Shown: positions 47,790 through 58,691 of the stretch, one piece after another | Position numbering within the stretch: the stretch's first letter is position 1 | Layout: each line of letters opens with the position of its first letter | NCBI GenBank assembly: GCA_964016885.1 | Contig: OZ024759.1 | Location: forward strand, 6,262,001 to 6,326,000 | DNA length: 64,000 nucleotides | Direction of reading: 5' to 3' | Source: Eledone cirrhosa | Taxonomy: Eukaryota | Program-made: the position numbers and the translations under genes | Notes under the pieces: generated by a model | Told to the model about the DNA's origin: nothing | The model's database searches: none | The model's input: only the letters and a program-made list of their open reading frames with translations

Positions 47790-48165
47790 ACACAATCCAA
47801 GAGGCTATGAGAACGCTTTCTCTCCTTATAGCCTCTTGGATTGTGTTTACCATTCTTCCTTTATTATATAACTATTATCCAATATACACCTGATGATGTC
47901 ACCAGGATCTTATGTAACCTGGTCACTGGCCACTGAAATGTACATAGTGTTTGCTATAATAAATCTTTGAAGGAACTTCACCGGTCTGGCCTCCTGTCAT
48001 TTTACTCAATAATGATTAACTCCGTCCTCACGCCACCAACAAGATTCAACATCAAAGATGGATGAGTTGTATAACATTGAGTGCATTTCCTAATATTACA
48101 TCATGGTTGGCTAAACGGAATGATAAGTTCTATCCAGTGGTGAACCACCAATCTTAAAGAAATAT
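47790..48165 (+). mobile_element. Penelope-like pseudo-LTR fragment with a hammerhead-like motif
   Basis: acac-CTGATGA...GAAAT-GTAC-ATA-gtgt followed by AATAAA at about 47958; (TA)n flanks. Confidence 0.45.
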
Positions 48166-48183
48166 ATATATACACACATTAAT

Positions 48184-51100
48184 ATCATCATCATCATCAT
48201 CATCATCACTGTTTTACGTCCGTTCTTCCATGCTAGCATGGGTTAGACGGGTTGTCCTGTTGTGGGCAGTGTCTGATTGGCTGACCATGCCTTGCTCATA
48301 CAGGAACTGATTTGGGCTTGATTTTTACAGCTGGATGCCCTTCCTAACACCAACCTCATTTACAGTGAGTGCTGGGTGCTTTTTGTTGTGACACTTTACA
48401 GTGTGGGATGGGGGCTTTTTGGCCGTGGCACCTCCATGACCATCTTGCAGTGGGAGGGTATGGGGGCATATTGTCTATATGCTTCAGCTTGTACCCATGG
48501 GAGGTCGAGTACTCTGTATTATTGCGTGACGCCAGAGGTCACGGTCATGTGTCATCGCCTTTGAGAGGTGTAATTGGGTAAGGTCGGCTTTTATCACCTC
48601 ATCCCAGGTTTTCTTGGGTCTCCCCACTCCGCGGTTTCCATTGACTTCTAATGTTCTGCACCTTTTTATGCAGCTGTCATCCTTCATATGCATCACATGT
48701 CCATACCAACGCAACCGCCTCTCCTGCACACAGCATTTGATTCCTCTTATGCTCAGTCTCTCTCTCAATTCATTTATGCTTTGCCGTTTGCATATATTAC
48801 TATTACACATCCATCGGAACATGCAGGCTTCGTTTCTTTCTAATCTACGTAAGTCTTCCACCTTCAGCACCCAGGTCTCACTACCATGTAACATTGCTGT
48901 TCGGATACACGCATCATACAGTCTGCCTTTCATTTTGAGGGAGAAGCCTTTTGCAGCTAGCAGTGGCAGTAGTTCCCTGAACTTCTTCCATTCCGTTCTT
49001 ACCCTAGTTATTGTACTTTCTGAACACCCACCCCCGCTGCTAATTTGGTCACCTAGGTAGCAGAAGCTGTCTACTGTTTCTACAGAGCCCTCCCAGAGAT
49101 TGGTGGTACTTGTCTCCTGTGGCTGTTTGCTGCTTACTGTCCCAGCACAGCTGCTACATGTGAAGCCTACATTCTTAATTAAGCTTCTTGAGATCCCGCT
49201 ACATCTCTTGTGTACCCATTGTTTGCATTTGGGGAAGAGTTCCTACCTACACCTTTCCTACATACTGAGCAAGGCCATTTCCCTGAGGGGATCTGGGTTC
49301 TGTTTTCTCGTCTACTTACAAGGACCTTAGTCTTTGTCATGTTGACTTTGAGACCCTTTCTTTCTAGTCCCTGCTTCCAAGTTTGGAATTTCTTCTCTTG
49401 TTCTACCATAGATTCAGCTATAAGTGCAAGGTCATCTGCATACAGGAGTTCCCATGGGCATCCGATCTTAAACTCCTCCGTTATTGCCTGCAGGACTATG
49501 ATGAACAGGAGAGGGCTAAGAACAGAACCCTGGTGGACACCGACCTGTACGCTAAATTCCTCGCTATACTCATTGCTAATCCTAACTTTGCTGACTGCTC
49601 CCCTATACATGGCTTGTACAGCTTTCACAAGCCATTCATCTACTCCTAGTTTTCTAAGAGCCCACCAGATTATAACACGGGGAACTCTGTCAAAGGCTTT
49701 TTCCAGATCGACGAATGCCAGGTAGAGGGGCTTACCTTTAGCTAGGTACTTTTCCTGTAACTGCCTCACAAGGAAGAGGGCATCAGTGGTGCCTCTTCCT
49801 AGTACAAACCCAAATTGCATCTCATCTAGTTTTACCCGGTCCCTAATCAACTGTGCTATAACTCTTTCTGTTACTTTCATGACCTGGTCCATCAGCTTTA
49901 TCCCTCTATAGTTTCCTCTATCTAGTGCATCACCTTTACCTTTGTAGCAGTTGACAATGATGCTACTGCACCAATCTTTTGGTATGACACCTAGTATTAC
50001 CTGGTTAACAATACGTGTGGTTATGGTGTGACCTACAGACCCAGATGCCTTCAGCATCTCGGCAGCTATACCCGATGGACCGGTTGCCTTCCCAGTCTTC
50101 ATATCTTTGATTGCCTTACTTACTACGTTGCTGCTGACTTGCATTGCTGGGCCCTTATAGGGTCCACTTGGGGTAGGGTCTCTTCTTCCCATGCATTCTC
50201 CTCATTTAGTAATCTATCATAATGGCTCTTCCATGCATCTTTCTTCTCAGCACTTGTGAGAGTAAGCTCACCTTTATCATTCCGGATACACTTCTCTCCA
50301 ATGACATCACAATTCTCTCTGACACACTGCCTCGCAATCTTGAAAACCTCCTGTTTCTGGTCCTCATGCTGCAAAACATGCTTGAATTTTCTATCCTCTG
50401 CTTCCCTCCTAGTTAAGTATACTTGTCGCCTAGCTTCCCTCTTGGTCCCTATGTAATGTACCCTGCTTCCCCCGTTCTTCCATTCTTTCCATGCCTGTCT
50501 CTTGGCCTTAACTGCCTCATCCACCTTATTGTTCCACCACCAAGTCACTCTCCTCCTGCTTGTGGTCTTACTCCAGCCACAGATCTCATACGTCGCCTTT
50601 AGTAAGTTATTTTTTAGGAACTCCCAGTTCTCTTCTACATTGAATGTCTCTATCTGTTCTTCTTTACTGTCGTAGGCGTTGAGTAAAATATCTTTAAATC
50701 TGTTACTGGCCGAGGGGTCTTTCAGCTTCCAGATCTTTCTTCTCCAGGTTGGCTTCTGTTTCCAGGTTCATCTAGTTCTGACCGTGAGGTCGCTGACAAC
50801 TAAGCTATGTTGGGAGGTACATTCCTCACTAGGGAAGGCTTTTGTGTTTACGACCGTCCATCTGTCACGTCCTCTGATGAGGATAAAATCTAACTGACTA
50901 GAGTGCTCCCCTGATCTATAGGGGATCAGGTGGTTGTCGGGTTATTTGAAGTTTGTGTTGCATATCGACATGTCATTGGCGTCGCAGAATTCTAGAAGTC
51001 TGAATCCTTCTTCATTTCTTGTGCCAACACCATGGCCTCCATGGACTCTATTGAAGCCGTCACAGTGTTTACCTATGTGTCCGTTAAAATCTCCTGCAAT

Positions 51101-51620
51101 GATTAGGAAGTCGTTGTCGTCTGTTAGAGCAGTAGTGTGCATTAGGGACACGTAAAACCTATCCTTAAGTTTGTCTGGCAACCCCAGATTGGGGTGCGTA
51201 AGCTGATATTATTTTGGTAATTGTTTTATACAGGACTAGTCAGAGTTTAATGGTTCTTGCATTCACCCTGTTCACTGAGATTACTTTATCTACCCATTTG
51301 TCAGCTAGTAGTATACCTACACCACCCATCCCATCGTCATTTCCCACCCAGAAAATGTGTAGCACTGACTTTTTCCTACAAGGACTCTCCTCTCCATCTA
51401 GTCTCTTGCACACAGCACACATCAATTTCCTTTCGCTCTAGCATCTCTATGATTTCTCCTGCTCTTCCTTTCATTGTGCTTACATTGATGGTACCAACTT
51501 GGAGTTTTGGGCATTTATCAACATTCGTAGAGAAGGGTCGATTTTTGCAGGGGTGTGTGTATACTTCCTGTCTCTGAATTGGAGCTTTACGTGGGTGCTT
51601 GGTAGCTCACGGATTCATAT
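48184..51620 (-). mobile_element. Near full-length decayed RTE LINE (APE + RT + PHD-like finger)
   Basis: (CAT)n tail; APE motifs VGTINVSTMKGR and IAGDFNGHIG; RT motifs NYRGIKL, FVDLEKAFDRV, VHQGSVLSP, LYADD; frameshifts split it into several ORFs. The 5' end is approximate. Confidence 0.95.
49179..50192 (-). pseudogene. RTE reverse transcriptase domain fragment
   Basis: 337-aa frame containing the RT core motifs, frameshifted at both ends. Confidence 0.9.
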
Positions 51621-51677
51621 TCATTTTCATCTATTAATTCAGAGTTGCTTATATATATATATATATATAACAGGGTA

Positions 51678-51980
51678 AAAACCCCCTTCTGTCATGAGTG
51701 ACCAAGGGATTTGCACTTAGAAAGCTCCTCCCGAGGAACAAGTCCAGGCAACGTTGTTCTGTGTAAGACCAGCAGTCCCCCATATATACCAGTCTCCTCT
51801 CCACACCACCGATGATGTCCAAGGGAAAGACAGTGGCCGATACAGCTTGACACCAGTGATGTAAACTGGAGCAACGTGAAATAAAGTGTCTTGCTCAAGA
51901 ACACAATGGAAAGTCCAGTCCGAGAATTGAACTGACGACCTCATGATTGTAAGCCCAACGTTCTAACCACTAAGCCATAC
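51678..51980 (-). mobile_element. tRNA-derived SINE
   Basis: Minus strand: A-box TGGCTTAGTGG, B-box-like AGTTCAATTC, then tgtgttcttgagcaagacactttatttcacgttgctccagt. Confidence 0.8.
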
Positions 51981-51995
51981 ACACACACACACACA

Positions 51996-52062
<67 letters not shown>

Positions 52063-52110
52063 TTATATATATATATGTGTGTGTATTTATATATTATATA
52101 TATATATATG
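51980..52110. repeat. (CA)n/(GT)n/(TA)n microsatellites
   Basis: Seen directly. Confidence 0.95.
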
Positions 52111-52237
52111 GGGCGGGGGTTATCAACAAACATCAAAGCAATTAATCATATATTAATTAATCAAATCAAAAGAGTCAATATTGATGTTGCGATTACGTAA
52201 AGAAATATGTGACAGAGTTAGATTATATAACCAGAAG

Positions 52238-52447
52238 GACAACAACATATATTACAACAACAACAACAACAACAACATATATTACAACAACAACAACATA
52301 TATTACAACAACAACAACAACATATATTACAACATATATTATATTATATAGAACAATATATATTACATTGTAAATAACAACAACACAAGGACACCAAGAA
52401 CAACAACTACAATATATCATATTATATAGAACAACAATAATAACTAC
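52238..52447. repeat. Compound (ACA)n-tatatt microsatellite
   Basis: Seen directly. Confidence 0.85.
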
Positions 52448-52448
52448 A

Positions 52449-54405
52449 GGTGCGGAGTGCTCAAAGTCGATGGAAGCCTCGGAGTGGGGGGACCCAGGAA
52501 GAACTGGGATGAGGTGATAAAATCTGACCTTGCCCTCTCAAAGGCGATGACACAGGACCAAGATCTCTGGTGTTACGCAGTAATACAGAAGACCCAACGT
52601 CCCACGGCACAGGCGAAGCTGGAGCATATATATAGCATGCACCACCCCATCCTCCCACTGTAAAGTGGTCATGTAGATATCACAACAAAAAGCACCCAGT
52701 CCACCCTGTAAAGTGGTCGTGTAGATATCACAACAAAAAGCACCCAGTCCACCCTGTAAAGTGGTCGTGTAGATATCACAACAAAAAGCACCCAGTCCAC
52801 CCTGTAAAGTGGTCATGTAGATATCCCAACAAGAAGCACCCAGTCCACCCTGTAAAGTGGTCATGTAGATATCACAACAAAAAGCACCCAGTCCACCCTG
52901 TAAAGTGGTCATGTAGATATCACAACAAAAAGCACCCAGTCCACCCTGTAAAGTGGTCGTGTAGATATCACAACAAAAAGCACCCAGTCCACCCTGTAAA
53001 GTGGTCGTGTAGATATCACAACAAAAAGCACCCAGTCCACCCTGTAAAGTGGTCATGTAGATATCACAACAAAAAGCACCCAGTCCACCCTGTAAAGCGG
53101 TCATGTAGATATCACAACAAAAAGCACCCAGTCCACCCTGTAAAGCGGTCATGTAGATATCACAACAAAAAGCACCCAGTCCACCCTGTAAAGTGGTCAT
53201 GTAGATATCCCAACAAGAAGCACCCAGTCCACCCTGTAAAGTGGTCATGTAGATATCACAACAAAAAGCACCCACTCCACCCTGTAAAGTGGTCATGTAG
53301 ATATCACAACAAAAAGCACCCAGTCCACCCTGTAAAGTGGTCATGTAGATATCACAACAAAAAGCACCCAGTCCACCCTGTAAAGTGGTCATGTAGATAA
53401 CACAACAAAAAGCACCCAGTCCACCCTGTAAAGTGGTCATGTAGATATCACAACAAAAAGCACCCAGTCCACCCTGTAAAGTGGTCATGTAGATATCACA
53501 ACAAAAAGCACCCAGTCCACCCTGTAAAGTGGTCATGTAGATATCACAACAAAAAGCACCCAGTCCACCCTGTAAAGTGGTCATGTAGATAACACAACAA
53601 AAAGCACCCAGTCCACCCTGTAAAGTGGTCATGTAGATATCACAACAAAAAGCACCCAGTCCACCCTGTAAAGTGGTCATGTAGATAACACAACAAAAAG
53701 CACCCAGTCCACCCTGTAAAGTGGTCATGTAGATATCACAACAAAAAGCACCCAGTCCACCCTGTAAAGTGGTCATGTAGATAACACAACAAAAAGCACC
53801 CAGTCCACCCTGTAAAGTGGTCATGTAGATATCACAACAAAAAGCACCCAGTCCACCCTGTAAAGTGGTCATGTAGATATCACAACAAAAAGCACCCAGT
53901 CCACCCTGTAAAGTGGTCATGTAGTTGTCACAACAAAAAGCACCCAGTCCACCCTGTAAAGTGGTCATGTAGTTGTCACAACAAAAAGCACCCAGTCCAC
54001 CCTGTAAAGTGGTCATGTAGATATCACAACAAAAAGCACCCAGTCCACCCTGTAAAGTGGTCATGTAGATATCACAACAAAAAGCACCCAGTCCACCCTG
54101 TAAAGTGGTCATGTAGTTGTCACAACAAAAAGCACCCAGTCCACCCTGTAAAGTGGTCATGTAGTTGTCACAACAAAAAGCACCCAGTCCACCCTGTAAA
54201 GTGGTCGTGTAGTTGTCACAACAAAAAGCACCCAGTACTCACTGTAAATGAGGTTCGCATTAGGAAGGCCATCCAGCTGTAGAAACTGAGCCCAAATCAG
54301 TTCAGTGTAAGCAAGGCATGGTCACCTGACCTAGCATTGCTCACTACAGAGCCACCCATCTAACCCATGCCAGTGTGGAAGAATGGACGTAAAACAGAGA
54401 TGATA
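52449..54405 (+). mobile_element. 5'-truncated RTE LINE whose 3' UTR contains an expanded 48-bp array
   Basis: C-terminal peptide VLKVDGSLGVGGPRKNWDEVIKSDL...DLWCYAVIQKT; after the array the normal tail tgtaaatgagg...catccagctgtagaaa...ggacgtaaaacag resumes. Confidence 0.9.
52659..54235. repeat. 48-bp satellite (gtaaagtggtcatgtagatatcacaacaaaaagcacccagtccaccct)n
   Basis: About 33 highly similar copies. Confidence 0.98.
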
Positions 54406-54509
54406 GAACAAGAAGAAGAAGCAATTTTAGGTTATTTCCTCTGCTAAATCAGAGATTAAACTTATAACAGTTAAAGGTTTTACTTAGCAAGAAAATGTAG
54501 GTTTTGTTA

Positions 54510-54903
54510 TGTGGCAATGTTAGCCGAAATTGAATGTTTGTTGATATAGTCATAAGTCCATGATAAGATTTTTACATGTTTGTATTCACACCTAATTACA
54601 AAGAGTTGAGTTGAGTTGAGCTGACATGTCAAACAAACGGTAACAAAATTAAGAAGTAAGAGTGGCGTTGTGCCAGGCCTAAGGAGGCCGACAGGCCAAA
54701 GTGAAAATCTCATCGTTACATGATAGTGTCTTTTCCTTTCAAAGTCCAAGAAGCAAGAGAGAGTATATACAAAAGAAGCGGGAAAATCTTTGTTTGAGCG
54801 TAAGTTGGAATATATATTCGTGCGCGGCTTACGATTGGCCTGACTTAGCCAAATCACGCGCAAATAGCTTATCAATACGCCAAAAACAAGTAGCATCGCT
54901 ACA
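54510..54903. mobile_element. Probable solo LTR related to the 33177-35330 LTRs
   Basis: TGTGGCAATGTT...AGCATCGCTACA imperfect inverted termini; shares tgacatgtcaaa and gccaggc...aggccaaa with those LTRs; TSD not conserved. Confidence 0.6.
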
Positions 54904-55034
54904 GACTTAAAGACACCATTAGATGCTTCATGCTCACCATGGGGTCCTTTTTTGCTGGGAGGGGGTGGGACAATGTTTTACAGCCGGATAACGCTCCTGG
55001 CATTACCCTATTAGTCCCATCTTATGACACACTA

Positions 55035-58011
55035 CAGGGATACAGTGTACCTATTGTAAACCAGGTACACAGGGTTACAGTGTACCTATTGTAAACCAGG
55101 TACACAGGGATACAGTGTACCTATTGTAAACCTGATATACCTAGGGATACAGTGTACTTATTGTAAACCAGATATACACAGGCATACAGTGTACCTATTG
55201 TAAACCTGATATACCTAGGGATACAGTGTACTTATTGTAAACCAGATATACACAGGCATACAGTGTACCTATTGTAAACCTGATATACCTAGGGATACAG
55301 TGTACTTATTGTAAACCAGATATACACAGGCATACAGTGTACCTATTGTAAAACCTGATATACACAGGGATACAGTGTACCTATTGTAAACCAGATATAC
55401 ACAGAGATACAGTGTACCTATTGTAAACCAGATATACACAGGGATACAGTGTACCTATTGTAAACATGGTATACCTAGGGATACAGTGTACCTACTGTAA
55501 ACCAGATATACACAGGCATACAGTGTACCTATTGTAAACATGGTATACCTAGGGATACAGTGTACCTATTGTAAACCAGATATACACAGGGATACAGTGT
55601 ACCTATTGTAAACCTGATATACCTAGGGATAGAGTGTACCTATTGTAAACCAGATATCCACAGGGATACAGTGTACCTATTGTAAACTAGATATACACAG
55701 GGATACAGTGTACCTATTGTAAACCTGATATACCAAGGGATACAGTGTACCTATTGTAAACCAGATATACACAGGGATACAGTGTACCTATTGTAAACCT
55801 GGTATACCTAGGGATACAGTGTACCTATTGTAAACCAGATATACACAGGGATACAGTGTACCTATTGTAAACCAGATATACACAGGGATACAGTGTACCT
55901 ATTGTAAACCTGATATACCTAGGGATACAGTGTACCTATTGTAAACCAGGTACACAGGGATACAGTGTACCTATTGTAAACTAGATATACACAGGGATAC
56001 AGTGTACCTATTGTAAACCTGATATACCAAAGGATACAGTGTACCTATTGTAAACCAGATATACACAGGGATACAGTGTACCTATTGTAAACCTGATATA
56101 CACAGGGATACAGTGTACCTATTGTAAACCAGATATACACAGGGATACAGTGTACCTATTATAAACCTGATATACAGGGATACAGTGTACCTATTGTAAG
56201 CCAGATATACAGGGATACAGTGTACCTATTGTAAACTATATATACACAGGGATACAGTGTACCTATTGTAAACTATATATACACAGGGATACAGTGTACC
56301 GATTGTAAACCTGATATACCTAGGGATACAGTGTACCTATTGTAAATCAGATATACACAGGGATACAGTGTACCTATTGTAAACCTGATATACCTAGGGA
56401 TACAGTGTACCTATTGTAAACCAGATATACACAGGGATACAGTGTACCTATTGTAAACCAGATATACCAAGGGATACAGTGTACCTATTGTAAACCTGAT
56501 ATCCACAGGGATACAGTGTACCTATTGTAAACCAGATATACACAGGGATACAGTGTACCTATTGTAAACATGGTATACCTAGGGATACAGTGTACCTATT
56601 GTAAACCTGATATACCTAGGGATATAGTGTACCTATTGTAAACCTGATATACCTAGGGATACAGTGTACCTATTGTAAACCTGATATACACAGGGATACA
56701 GTGTACCTATTGTAAACCTGATATCCACAGGGATACAGTGTACCTATTGTAAACCAGATATACCAAGGGATACAGTGTACCTATTGTAAACCTGATATCC
56801 ACAGGGATACAGTGTACCTATTGTAAACCTGATACACACAGGGATACAGTGTACCTATTGTAAACCAGGTATACCAAGGGATACAGTGTACCTATTGTAA
56901 ACCAGATATACACAGGGATACAGTGTACCTATTGTAAACCAGATATACACAGGGATACAGTGTACCTATTGTAAACCAGGTATACCAAGGGATACAGTGT
57001 ACCTATTGTAAACCAGATATACACAGGGATACAGTGTACCTATTGTAAACCTGATATACCAAGAGATACAGTGTACCTATTGTAAACCAGATATACACAG
57101 GGATACAGTGTACTTATTGTAAACCAGATATACACAGGCATACAGTGTACCTATTGTAAACCAGGTACACACAGGGATACAGTGTACCTATTGTAAACCA
57201 GATATACACAGGGATACAGTGTACCTATTGTAAACCAGATATACACAGAGATACAGTGTACCTATTGTAAACCAGATATACACAGAGATACAGTGTACCT
57301 ATTGTAAACCAGATATACACAGAGATACAGTGTACCTATTGTAAACCAGATATACACAGGGATACAGTGTACCTATTGTAAACCAGGTATACACAGGGAT
57401 ACAGTGTACCTATTGTAAACCAGATATACACAGGGATACAGTGTACCTATTGTAAACCAGGTATACCAAGGGATACAGTGTACCTATTGTAAACCAGATA
57501 TACCTAGGATACAGTGTACCTATTGTAAACCAGATATACACAGGGATACAGTGTACCTATTGTAAACCAGGTACACACAGGGATACAGTGTACCTATTGT
57601 AAACCAGATATACACAGGGATACAGTGTACCTATTGTAAACCAGGTACACACAGGGATACAGTGTACCTATTGTAAACCAGATATACACAGAGATACAGT
57701 GTACCTATTGTAAACCTGATATCCACAGGGATACAGTGTACCTATTGTAAACCTGATATCCACAGGGATACAGTGTACCTATTGTAAACCAGGTATACAC
57801 AGGGATACAGTGTACCTATTGTAAACCAGATATACACAGGGATACAGTGTACCTATTGTAAACCAGATATACACAGGGATACAGTGTACCTATTGTAAAC
57901 CAGATATACACAGGGATACAGTGTACCTATTGTAAACCAGATATACACAGGGATACAGTGTACCTATTGTAAACCAGATATACCTAGGGATACAGTGTAC
58001 CTATTGTAAAC
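55035..58011. repeat. 37-bp satellite (cagggatacagtgtacctattgtaaaccagatataca)n
   Basis: About 80 copies; some 35-bp variants. Confidence 0.98.
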
Positions 58012-58016
58012 TTTGA

Positions 58017-58200
58017 TGGCATGTGGCCTAGTCGTTAGGGAGTGGGAATTATGATCATCCTGTCATGGGTTTGATTCCAGGACTGGATGGTGCATATATT
58101 CTTAGGCAAGGCACTTCACTTCTCAATGCTTTGGTCCAATTAGCTGGAAATGAGTTATCATCTACCAGCGGCAGTTGGGGGTTAATCTTCTGATGGACTG
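58017..58200 (+). mobile_element. Diverged tRNA-derived SINE
   Basis: A-box TGGCCTAGTCG, B-box GGTTTGATTCC, then cttaggcaaggcacttcacttc, as in 51678-51980. Confidence 0.65.
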
Positions 58201-58202
58201 TT

Positions 58203-58381
58203 ATAACCCTTATTGTATTTTCACAGTAAAGTCTTTATCTCACATAATTACTTCACATAATATTGATTCAATGAGATTTTGATGTTATTTAGTTTGAGAA
58301 CAATACCTTAACATCAGTATGAGTGGCCAGTTACAGCTGGAGAGAATTCTGACCAGATATGGCCGGTTTAAATGGGGTTAA
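58203..58381 (+). mobile_element. Short TTAA-flanked (piggyBac-like) MITE remnant
   Basis: aTAA-CCCTT ... ccagatatggccggtttaaatGGGG-TTAA; CCC/GGG termini with (T)TAA flanks. Confidence 0.55.
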
Positions 58382-58691
58382 CACCTGCATGGTGAACCCT
58401 CAGACTTTGGATATATCATAACAAGATACACACAGCACTACAATATCAGGACCAATTCTAAAGAATGCATTAATCAACAGCTGTAATTGAATGCGAGTAT
58501 TCTCATACATAAGTAATGTGTGTATTTAATATACTAATTAATTAATCAAGGAATTAATGAAGTTTTAAACCTTGCAGATGTAATTTTTTAAGATGTTAAT
58601 ATTTTGGTAAAAACTTTTGTCTTCTTGTGCTCAGTGTCACTAAAGAGATGTTGAGAAGTAATGTTTCGTTGATGTTCTTTACCCTCAGTTT

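Noticed and set aside
51678-51770. Twister- or HDV-like ribozyme in the SINE 3' part
   Set aside because: Only a small hairpin and partial motif resemblance; I could not assemble the required pseudoknot pairings.
52538-54160. 540-aa repeat ORF (MTTLQGGLGAFCCDIY)n
   Set aside because: Antisense reading of a 48-bp unit divisible by 3, inside a LINE 3' UTR.
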